From the NCBI GenBank assembly GCA_038845975.1, contig JAWBQF010000052.1, positions 1 through 11,492 of the forward strand: DNA of 11,492 nucleotides. The letters run 5' to 3'. The notes under the pieces were generated by a model that ran no database searches, was not told the DNA's origin, and worked only from the letters and a program-made list of their open reading frames with translations. The number at the start of each line of letters is the position of its first letter. The first letter of the stretch is position 1. Made by a program: the position numbers and the translations under genes. This document shows positions 1-7,876 of the stretch, piece after piece. The stretch is from Candidatus Methanomethylicia archaeon (GTDB lineage: Archaea; Thermoproteota; Methanomethylicia; CALHIW01).

Positions 1-172
1 CCTAGCTACATAGTATTCTAAATATCATAAATCTATAGTTTCAACTTTTAAACTTACCTAAAATTAGGATCCTATCAACTTTAAAGTTTTATATCACCTT
101 ATCATTTCTCTTACTAGATCTTCATTTTATCAATCTTTAATTCTTATTTTCTACACGGTATCTGATTGTTGG

Positions 173-219
173 TGATGTATATGATCTTATTTAATTATAA
201 TTAGGTCATATATACATCA
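173..219. repeat. Imperfect 47-bp inverted repeat / hairpin
   Basis: TGATGTATAT (173-182) is the exact reverse complement of ATATACATCA (210-219); the arms enclose the perfect 12-bp palindrome TAATTATAATTA (192-203). Confidence 0.6.
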
Positions 220-310
220 AGATTACTATATAGGAATGATAAATAAGTATAAGATATTCTTTTATGTCTTCTCTTGAGTGTAACTTACATTCATACAATA
301 TTCCTTAATA

Positions 311-328
311 TTATATTCATGAATATAA
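311..328. repeat. Perfect 18-bp palindrome
   Basis: TTATATTCATGAATATAA is its own reverse complement. Function unknown. Confidence 0.7.
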
Positions 329-523
329 CCCTCATAACATAACTAGCCCGTTTAAATAATAATTAAAACGCCTTTTATAAAGTCAAAGCATAAAACGATT
401 TCTAATCCATAAGATGATGTTATTCTGCTAACTTTCATTTTTATTTTAATTGAGCTAATTGCAAAGCCTCTAACATGCTACTATACCTCATCATAGCGAT
501 GTTTAGATGAATAATTTAACTCT

Positions 524-559
524 CAAACTAATTAGTTTGTAATAAGTCTTATTATAAAC
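524..559. repeat. Two overlapping palindromes
   Basis: CAAACTAATTAGTTTG (524-539, perfect 16 bp) overlaps GTTTGTAATAAG-T-CTTATTATAAAC (535-559, 11/12 match). Confidence 0.65.
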
Positions 560-710
560 ATTCTAACGTATGCAATTAAGAGAGATTTTATCAAGGAAAT
601 TTTAGGAAATTTGCAGGGTTTTCTCTTAATCGTTGTTATCTATCGTAAATTGAAGACAAAATGTAATGTGACAAGTAAAATGAAGTAAGAAACTCGATAT
701 AAATGTGCAA

Positions 711-1502
711 TTATATTTTCATAAACCAAGCAATACCTGAATTTCTACCATCTTCTCTAAACTTAGTAAGTTTAAAGTTATTATTTTGTAGGAATTTGAT
801 AAGATCTTTTACATTATATTTTGCTTTTCTCTGATTATGATATTCCAAACGAATCTCTTTTATTCTTTGAAGAACATATTTAGGTGTACTGTATAAAATC
901 TCAAATTCAGCTCCTTCACAATCAATCTTTAGGATATCACAAGAATCAATCTTATTCTCATTGAAGACATCTTCTAATGAAATAGTATCTATTTCAATAT
1001 ATTTATCATTACTTTCAGAGTATAGTGAATGGAATGGTGAAGTACTTGCTAGAAACAATTTTCTCTTTCCCTTACTAGCGGCAATACCTAAGTTAAAGGG
1101 AAAAATATTATTTTCAAGTTTATTGAGGTTTATGTTTTCAAGCAATAATCTATAACTTGTTGGCATCGGCTCGTAGGCATAGATCATTACATTTTTAGCT
1201 GTTGATGCTGCATAAATTGAAAAAATGCCAATATTAGCACCAACATCAATTACCGTGGAGTTATCTTTGATTTTACCATAATCTTTCTTTATAAAGATTA
1301 CTGCAATAGTTGCAGTATCAATACCCTCATTTGTTTTTAATTTAATACCGTTTCTAAATCTGTATGTCCTAGCTTCATTTTTTAACCCAATATAATTTAG
1401 AAGATATGGGTACCAATTCACAATTTTTAGGATAATAGTTGGTATGTATAATAGGTGGCTGACAGCCGTCAATGAAACTAACTCTTTTAATTTTCTTCGC
1501 AT
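711..1502 (-). CDS. FkbM-family SAM-dependent methyltransferase
   Basis: 263-aa ORF with the FkbM motifs VIDVGANIGIFS (SAM-binding motif I), YAYEP and ILKIDCEGAE. This family is commonly found in glycan-biosynthesis loci. Confidence 0.93.
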   Translation of the reverse strand: MRRKLKELVSLTAVSHLLYIPTIILKIVNWYPYLLNYIGLKNEARTYRFRNGIKLKTNEGIDTATIAVIFIKKDYGKIKDNSTVIDVGANIGIFSIYAASTAKNVMIYAYEPMPTSYRLLLENINLNKLENNIFPFNLGIAASKGKRKLFLASTSPFHSLYSESNDKYIEIDTISLEDVFNENKIDSCDILKIDCEGAEFEILYSTPKYVLQRIKEIRLEYHNQRKAKYNVKDLIKFLQNNNFKLTKFREDGRNSGIAWFMKI

Positions 1503-1524
1503 ATATTAACATTAGCTTAGTTAC

Positions 1525-1540
1525 CTATAAAATTTATTTC
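1525..1540 (-). promoter_or_regulatory. Putative archaeal BRE/TATA promoter of the FkbM gene (leaderless)
   Basis: Minus strand reads GAAATAAA-TTTTATAG; the TATA-like box is 23-30 nt upstream of the ATG at 1502. Confidence 0.55.
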
Positions 1541-1541
1541 A

Positions 1542-1549
1542 TCTTTTCG
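1542..1549 (+). repeat. 8-bp target-site duplication, left copy
   Basis: TCTTTTCG directly abuts the left TIR and is identical to 2382-2389. Confidence 0.92.
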
Positions 1550-2381
1550 GGTTCTGTCCGGATAAGGATATGGACTGAAATAAGGCTTAATCTTTTTCTA
1601 GGTTTTTTGCTCTTCTTTTGCTGTATTCATTGAGTTGTTGGTTATTTAGCTCATTTCTTGCTTTTTTGTTTTTCTTTGACTCAGAAAGTCGTAGTAGAAC
1701 TTAAAGCCTTAGAGGCTGTTCAGATGCCTTAAAGCTAGGCTTTTTTCGCTCTGGCTTAGCTTTCTAAGAGTATTTCTCAAGTTGACGTTGATGTTGTGGA
1801 AGAATATGCCTATTCTATGCTTCAAGTTGGTGAAGATCCTTTCCACGAAGTTTCTCCCTCCATTTGTTTGATGCTTTTGCTCCAACCTCAATTGTTCAAT
1901 CCCTTCCTCAATCCAAGGGGCTTTATCCCTTATTTATCCTATTTATGCATTTGTTAAGTACTTTTGAAGGAAAAGCCTAGTTGCTAAAGAACTCTATTAG
2001 GATAAGCCCTTATTTCTACAAGCTCCTTAGTATCAACATCTATGGAAGCATAAACCCAAATTTCCCACCCCTAAGCTTAAGGCAAGCTTCATCTATAGCT
2101 ATGGTTAAATGCTTCTTTGGTTTCCCCCATTCTTTAGCTTCTAAAATAGCCCTGAACCTCAAGCACCACTCGTTTAGATTACTGGCAAATCCCACCAAAG
2201 CTCAAGAAGCCTAGAAGCTTTCCTACAAGAACTCAATATAAGCCAAGCAAAAAGCCTTCACCTCCAGCTCAATTGGCTTTCTATTTCTTTAAAGATATTT
2301 AAGCTCCTAGCCCAATCTATTAACTGGGCTGAAACCTCCATAATATTAATTACCCAGCCCAACTTTTATCCGGACAGAACC
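1550..2381 (-). mobile_element. IS6-family insertion sequence (832 bp), transposase inactivated
   Basis: Perfect 16-bp terminal inverted repeats GGTTCTGTCCGGATAA (1550-1565) / TTATCCGGACAGAACC (2366-2381), an 8-bp flanking direct repeat, and size and GGTTCTGT terminus typical of IS6. DDE transposase fragments lie inside. Confidence 0.93.
1646..2341 (-). pseudogene. Frameshifted IS6-family DDE transposase
   Basis: Hand translation across frames: MEVSAQLIDWARSLNIFK / NRKPIELEVKAFCLAYIE / SCRKASRLL / LNEWCLRFRAILEAKEWGKPKKHLTIAIDEACLKLRGG / IWVYASIDVDTKELVEIRAYPNR / SSLATRLFLQK / VLNKCINR / DKAPWIEEGIEQLRLEQKHQTNGGRNFVERIFTNLKHR...HLNSL*GFKFYYDFL. The catalytic D (AIDE), D (DKAPW) and E (VERIF) are all visible. 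There are at least six frameshifts plus an in-frame TAA at 1709. The 60-aa track ORF 1709-1891 is one fragment. Confidence 0.9.
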
Positions 2382-2389
2382 TCTTTTCG
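2382..2389 (+). repeat. 8-bp target-site duplication, right copy
   Basis: TCTTTTCG directly follows the right TIR. Confidence 0.92.
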
Positions 2390-2435
2390 GATGTGACAAC
2401 TTAAGAAGTTATATAAATTCTGCTTTTTATTATTT

Positions 2436-2930
2436 ATGTTAGTATTAGGGGTTTGTAGGGATCTTGGAGTAATTTGAGAAGGGTAAGGTTCCGTTAAAGT
2501 TAAGATTCTGATATAGCTTTCTATACTAGATGCCCAGTTTAAGGAGGATTTCTAGAGTATTATCTGATCTATGGTTTCTAAGATGCTTTCGGTAAGGTAA
2601 ATAAGTTTAGGAGAGGATATAATGTAAATTATTAGAATTCCTAAGAATAGCTATAGATGAAGCTGGAGTTAAGGCTAATGTAGATCATTGTAATAATTAT
2701 GAAGATATCTATAGGAATATTATGATATCTAACAATTCATTAATGAAGTAAGGTATTGTGAGGTGAACCTAAGTTCTTCATTGATAGTGTACCATGGCTT
2801 TCTAAAGCTCTCAAGAAATAAACCACCATACGTTAAAAACACTTTTCGTGAGAGAAGCATAGTAGAATAAGGTACTTATCATTCAATAGGGACTAAGATT
2901 GATTCTGTTTATATTATTGTAGTAATCATT
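2436..2930 (+). pseudogene. Second, heavily degraded IS6-family transposase remnant (end coordinate approximate)
   Basis: Collinear fragments in different frames: MLVLGVCRDLGVI (2436), PSLRRISRVLSD (2533-2568), IAIDEAGVKAN (from 2647), PKFFIDSVPWLSKALKK (from 2768), TFRERSIVE* (2841-2870). The D-D-E order matches the first element. TATA-like TTATATAA (2409-2416) begins 27 nt before the ATG. Confidence 0.8.
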
Positions 2931-3249
2931 TCAACAAAGATTATTAGTCTCTAAGAATATTAAAGCTTATAGAAAATGATGTCATGAGCAGAGTTTATGG
3001 TACTCAATGATGGACAAAAAATTAATTAAATGAATTATTACAAAAACCTCAAGTATATTATGATACATATATTTATCAAAGACTAGAAAATCCACATGCA
3101 CATTATCTTTAGCTGAGACTAAAATTATAGTAGCTATTTATGGTAGTAATGTTATGGTTAAGAGCTTGTCTAACTCTTAATGGCTAGTAGACAATTTAAC
3201 GTGAGATTTAAAGGTAAATTAGGAAAATATTTTAAACTTCATTTCCATG

Positions 3250-6200
3250 TTAACTAATCTTTGCTAAGGGGTTTAATAGAACTCTAAGTTTACGTGATAT
3301 TTGTAGCTTACACTGCTTGCTTAATGTAATTATTACTGCTACTAGTGTTGCTATTGATATTATTATTCCTACTGTATATTCTTCCCTTACTTCAAGCTTT
3401 ATTGTTATTTCTTTTTGGGCAGGATAGGAATTAAATAATAGGCTTGGTATTGGTCTATATGTTTCCTTATTATGTGCTAGCCATAAATGATTGTATGACT
3501 GCTTGAATACAACAATTCCGGTTATGTTTTTAACTGTGTATTCTAATTGTGATTTCTTAATGATTATTGGCTCCTTAACTTCTGCTACTTCCATTTTCTC
3601 CATTATTGTTATGTAGCTTATCGTTGTATTTCCCTCAACATATATTTCTAGATTGTTTGTTCCTTTTCCAGCGTCAACTATGGATTTTATATACGTATTA
3701 TCATACTCTGCCTCATATATTGTATTGTTGAATTCTAGCTTTACATTGTTTATCGTACCGTTAGCTTTTATGCCTATAATGTATTTTCCACTCTTGTAGA
3801 TTTGAGCTTGTACTTTGAGTACACCGTAATTATTTATTGTTAATTGTTCTCCATGCTTAGGTTTTGATAATCCACTTATTGTATTTGGGGAATATATATT
3901 TATTACTTTTATCCCTGAACTATATAGAAACTCTTCAAGTCTAGCTATTACTCGAATTATTTCCTCCTTATTTGCTACTACAAGATCTCCCAGTACTGCT
4001 TTACCATTTTTTAAGGATATTTTAAGGCTATGACATCCTGATGGTAGATATACTGTTTGTATTGGAATGTATTTAAATATTGTTGTTGGTGAGTATAGAT
4101 CTATATTTGTTAATAGTGAGTTGTCAAGATATATTCTTAGGGAGGGAGGCTTAGGGGTTAATAATGCTTTAATCCATAACTGATAAACTCCACTCTTATC
4201 TATGTCAACATTTACTGTTATTGTTGAGTTTATATTTTCAGAATATACAACTCCATTATGTATATATCCCTTAGTAACGATTTGGTTTAAATCTTCCTCC
4301 CACCATTCCTGACTTACTGGAATCCATCCATTCATGGAGAATCTTGAGGGACTATATTTATCTCCTACTAAACATATAGCAGCATCCATTAGGTCTGCAT
4401 CGAGAAATATGAATGTTGAGCTACTTATGTTTAGGATTTTCTCCAGATCATTCATGTTTAGCTCATCAATCATGAATATAGCTCCATTAATATTAGAAAT
4501 CATAGTTAAAGCTTCGAGACAGCCAATAATGATTAAACTATTATTTGTAGCTATGAAGCTACTTGGATTCACATATAAATTCTCATAAACTCTTAAATAT
4601 TTGGACTTGTAGACAAGCTTAAATGTTTCATTAAGTTTATTTTCAATTCTATTGATCTCCTCACTTCCCATGACTTTACTTGTACATGAAGTAGTAGTTA
4701 TATCTCCTCTAAATATAATGTATTTAACGTTAAGCATATTTAGTAAGGGAATTATACTGCTAAGTTCTTTACGATGTATCTGATTATATAGGAAATGTAG
4801 GAAGTAAATAGTATTTCCAACTCCTCCAAACCATTCATCAGTATGTGTAAATCCTACACTAGGCTTACTGAATACACTATATCTAAGTGGATCTATCATA
4901 TCCCATAAACCCTTCATTTTAGGTCTCCAAATAAATTCAGCCCCTATTTCAACTGGTGGAAGCCATAAAATCCTAAAGTTACCATCCTTATCTTGAAGCC
5001 AACGATCAACATCTACATAATCATTAGGAAAACTATAGGGTTGAAGATAACCACATAAATCCCCAGTTAGTAGTGGCCAGGAGTTAAGTAGGAGTAGAGT
5101 CAGTATGGATACAACCATGAATCTCGACTTAAACCTTGAAAACCAATCTATAGCGTAAGCTATGGATATTGAGTATGCTAGACATATCATTGAGACAAAC
5201 TTATTAGGTTCTCTATATATGGTGTAGAAGGGTATGTTTTCATAGAGGAATTTATTGATAGGTTGAAAAGGCCAATTCAATCCAACAGCAGGTATACTGT
5301 ATATGATAACCATGAGTATTGGAAACTTAACCTTTCTAATACAGGTAGGTATTAACATTGTAATTGGGAGAAAGCTTAAAATCCACCATAAATCTCTAAG
5401 TATTGGTAATAACATAGATTCAAAAAAGTTCCACCATCCAATTCCGAAGTATCCATGAAGCCTTAAAACATTAATTATGTTTGACTCCATACTTAAGCCC
5501 TCAATATTTTTTATAGATACATGACTTCTAATCAATCCTGAAACCATAGGAAATGTTGTTATCCAGTAGCTATTTAGAAGTATAGCTAGTAAAACTGTAG
5601 TTACTGTTAGCCTATAGGTTTTCAAAATATTTCCTAATTTCCTAGTTTTAAACGGATATATTAGGACTACTAGTATTACTAGAGGGGCTATATGGTATGA
5701 TACTGATATTATTAGAGCTAGTAAAAGTGATGACTGCAAAATTGGCTTTAACCTCTTCTCATCAATACCTTTAAAGTATAGTGCTAGCGTTAAAGGCGTT
5801 AAGGCATATGCTATAAGTATTGATATATGTCCTGATAGAATCCTATCTATAATCCAGGGGTTGTATATGTATAAAATTACTGAGGCGAGATTAGGTATAT
5901 AGCTTCTCACGAAATATCTTGATAAAATATACATTGAGAATCCAGCTATAATAAATACAATTGGAAACAGTAACCTACTAGTATTCTCGAAGCCTAAAAG
6001 TACATACATAATGTAATAAATAATGTATTGAGGGAGATTTGCTAGAGGTATTGGAGTTGTTAAACGTCCTAGTAAGAAGCTTTCATCCCATAAACTTATA
6101 CACCTAGTGATCTCTCTATCCGGGAATATGGGGAGTACGTAATCTCCAATAGCGAAGTAGCCGTTTCCAATGATAAGCTTCATAAATGGAAGAACCGATA

Positions 6201-6270
6201 AGAGAAGAATAACTAGAGGCTTTAATATATTGGCTATCTTAGATCTTATTATCTGTCTAATAGAGTTCAT
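3250..6270 (-). CDS. Large GT-C-fold membrane protein, AftD/DUF3367 (arabinofuranosyltransferase-like)/YfhO-like, with extracellular beta-sandwich (CBM-like) modules
   Basis: 1006 aa. Roughly 10-12 hydrophobic segments in the first ~400 aa, with motifs GDYVLP, YIYNPW, RILSGH, YALTPL, LLNSYWI, NVLRLHGY, YREPNKF and NSWPLLTGD. A soluble domain follows (FRILWLP...LNVKYIIFRGD), then beta-rich modules (VDIDKSGVYQLWIKA...YLPSGCHSLKI) and a C-terminal TM helix. Donor sugar unknown. Confidence 0.7.
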   Translation of the reverse strand: MNSIRQIIRSKIANILKPLVILLLSVLPFMKLIIGNGYFAIGDYVLPIFPDREITRCISLWDESFLLGRLTTPIPLANLPQYIIYYIMYVLLGFENTSRLLFPIVFIIAGFSMYILSRYFVRSYIPNLASVILYIYNPWIIDRILSGHISILIAYALTPLTLALYFKGIDEKRLKPILQSSLLLALIISVSYHIAPLVILVVLIYPFKTRKLGNILKTYRLTVTTVLLAILLNSYWITTFPMVSGLIRSHVSIKNIEGLSMESNIINVLRLHGYFGIGWWNFFESMLLPILRDLWWILSFLPITMLIPTCIRKVKFPILMVIIYSIPAVGLNWPFQPINKFLYENIPFYTIYREPNKFVSMICLAYSISIAYAIDWFSRFKSRFMVVSILTLLLLNSWPLLTGDLCGYLQPYSFPNDYVDVDRWLQDKDGNFRILWLPPVEIGAEFIWRPKMKGLWDMIDPLRYSVFSKPSVGFTHTDEWFGGVGNTIYFLHFLYNQIHRKELSSIIPLLNMLNVKYIIFRGDITTTSCTSKVMGSEEINRIENKLNETFKLVYKSKYLRVYENLYVNPSSFIATNNSLIIIGCLEALTMISNINGAIFMIDELNMNDLEKILNISSSTFIFLDADLMDAAICLVGDKYSPSRFSMNGWIPVSQEWWEEDLNQIVTKGYIHNGVVYSENINSTITVNVDIDKSGVYQLWIKALLTPKPPSLRIYLDNSLLTNIDLYSPTTIFKYIPIQTVYLPSGCHSLKISLKNGKAVLGDLVVANKEEIIRVIARLEEFLYSSGIKVINIYSPNTISGLSKPKHGEQLTINNYGVLKVQAQIYKSGKYIIGIKANGTINNVKLEFNNTIYEAEYDNTYIKSIVDAGKGTNNLEIYVEGNTTISYITIMEKMEVAEVKEPIIIKKSQLEYTVKNITGIVVFKQSYNHLWLAHNKETYRPIPSLLFNSYPAQKEITIKLEVREEYTVGIIISIATLVAVIITLSKQCKLQISRKLRVLLNPLAKIS

Positions 6271-6359
6271 ATCTATTCAACTGTAAGAAGACATCTTAAT
6301 GTGAATATAAGTATCACCATAAAATGAGTAGAGCTGCATAACATCATATATCCTAAATA

Positions 6360-7850
6360 TCATCTTAGATTCCAATCCTTATAAATTGTAATACATTCAT
6401 AGCTATTATTATCCCTATCATATCCTACAATGTCTATTATAAATCTTCCTTTCAACTCAGATTTTGGTATTATTACGGTTAGGGTATTTGATTTGGAAAG
6501 GTTATGTCCAGACTCGTATGTATAGACACTATCATACATCCAGCCTACTGGATGCCATTCTTTACTCCATGGAGAATGTCGAATTAATGCTATAAGATCA
6601 TTTATAACAGCATCCATCGGGAGAGGTTGGAAATAATCATCTAGACATAGCCATCCACCCCTTCCAACTCTTATAAAGCAAGGCATTGATAGATTAAATA
6701 CTTCACTACCCTTTATAAGCTTCCAGTTTGAGTATGAGTAAAACGATATGTTCATTCTAATCATAGCATTAATATCGAAACCCCAATCACCCTTCCACAA
6801 ATGTAATCCAAGAGTTTCAGCTATTCTTGAACCTAAATAATTCCCTATTCCACCATAGCCTGCAAGAATAGGGTTATTTGCATCGGTGAAATACATGTAT
6901 GAGTCGTCATCACTAAGCTTATCAAGATTTTTCTCAGCATATCCATCCTCATAAAGTATCCATATGTTAGGCTGTGATGCCTTAGGCCCAACAGTTATAA
7001 ATACTAGACCGTAGTCTCTCATCCAATCATAGATTAGAGATTTACCATACTTTGAATTGTCAGCAATACCACGTGAATGATTTGGATCAATAATACATGA
7101 TGGAAGGGAGCCAATTAAGATAGGTTTATTTACTGATGATAGAGGGTAGAAGATAATTAAAATACATTTACTCCTACTTATGGCAAGTTTTTCCAGAAGA
7201 CTCCAATCAGCTCGAGTAATGTTTAGTCCATATCTTTCAGCATTAAGTATGAATGTATCGATAAGGTTTGTGGTGTTTCTCGACATATATCTATAATCGT
7301 AGAAAACATATATTGGTAGTGATTCATTCAGAAAATCTTTAAATGTGTAAAGTCTAATATATATGTTTGAATATCCTAGAGCTTCAATATTGTACTGAAT
7401 ATTAATCTTATTCATAAAATCTATACTTTCAGTATAAACATTAACAACATTAATCTTAAGAACATTATTAAAAGTAGGGGCTTTAAATGTAAATGATGAG
7501 TTTACAGCCTGTTCTTTACTTTTAGCTGTAAGAGTTATATTGTATATTTTTCCCTTAAACCAGTAGAAAAAAACCTTAATAGACGTGTTTTCACCTGGCT
7601 TTAATACTGTTTTATCAGGTATCCATGTAAATGTTTTTGAGCCATTTATGAATAATGAATCTAGCTCAAACTCATATCTTCCAATATTATGAGCAGTAAA
7701 CATAAGGTATCTACCATCAGGGAGAATGGAAGCATTTATGTTGGTTAATGTTAGAGCAATTTCAAACCTGCTTGGAGTAAATGTCAACATGTATAGAGCA
7801 ATAATGAAGGAAATAGCTAGACATATAATAATAAGCTTAAAATACTTCAT
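6360..7850 (-). CDS. Membrane-anchored/exported hypothetical (glyco)protein with N-terminal Ig-like domain
   Basis: 496 aa. Positively charged N-terminus plus a hydrophobic helix (MKYFKLIIICLAISFIIALYML); Ig-like pattern HNIG...LFING...LKPGENTSI...YNITL; 13 N-X-S/T sequons by hand count. SD-like GGGTG about 10 nt upstream of the ATG. Confidence 0.8.
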   Translation of the reverse strand: MKYFKLIIICLAISFIIALYMLTFTPSRFEIALTLTNINASILPDGRYLMFTAHNIGRYEFELDSLFINGSKTFTWIPDKTVLKPGENTSIKVFFYWFKGKIYNITLTAKSKEQAVNSSFTFKAPTFNNVLKINVVNVYTESIDFMNKINIQYNIEALGYSNIYIRLYTFKDFLNESLPIYVFYDYRYMSRNTTNLIDTFILNAERYGLNITRADWSLLEKLAISRSKCILIIFYPLSSVNKPILIGSLPSCIIDPNHSRGIADNSKYGKSLIYDWMRDYGLVFITVGPKASQPNIWILYEDGYAEKNLDKLSDDDSYMYFTDANNPILAGYGGIGNYLGSRIAETLGLHLWKGDWGFDINAMIRMNISFYSYSNWKLIKGSEVFNLSMPCFIRVGRGGWLCLDDYFQPLPMDAVINDLIALIRHSPWSKEWHPVGWMYDSVYTYESGHNLSKSNTLTVIIPKSELKGRFIIDIVGYDRDNNSYECITIYKDWNLR

Positions 7851-7876
7851 AAATTAATAACACCCAGCCTTCATCT

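Noticed and set aside
90-280. Possible decayed GT4 pseudogene on the minus strand (fragments SREDIKEYL, NEDLVREMIR)
   Set aside because: Fragments are short, no EX7E motif is recognisable and chance resemblance is likely; a frameshift-aware search would be needed.
961-1155. 64-aa plus-strand ORF
   Set aside because: Antisense shadow wholly inside the well-supported FkbM gene; no motif.
711-1502. Distinct codon usage in FkbM (AAA-biased Lys) as evidence of separate origin
   Set aside because: A spot check showed GT4 also uses many AAA codons; not supportable without a full codon count.
1709-1891. 60-aa minus-strand ORF as an independent gene
   Set aside because: It is the C-terminal fragment (catalytic E region) of the frameshifted IS6 transposase.
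1981-2214. 77-aa plus-strand ORF
   Set aside because: Antisense to the transposase pseudogene; no recognisable features.
1646-2341. Programmed frameshifting as the explanation for the split transposase
   Set aside because: Too many independent frame breaks plus a nonsense codon; IS6 transposases are normally single ORFs.
1550-2930. Composite transposon formed by the two IS6 copies
   Set aside because: The copies are adjacent, divergent in sequence, carry no cargo between them, and the TSD flanks only the first element.
4334-4588. 84-aa plus-strand ORF
   Set aside because: Antisense shadow of the 1006-aa gene.
6304-6311. Internal promoter (CTTATATT, minus strand) for the 1006-aa gene
   Set aside because: Weak TATA match, 34-41 nt from the ATG, no clear BRE; cannot be distinguished from AT-rich background.
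7851-7870. GGCTGGGT shared upstream of the 496-aa gene (7862-7869) and the IS transposase ATG (2352-2359)
   Set aside because: Only 8 bp and adequately explained as an SD-like ribosome-binding sequence or chance.
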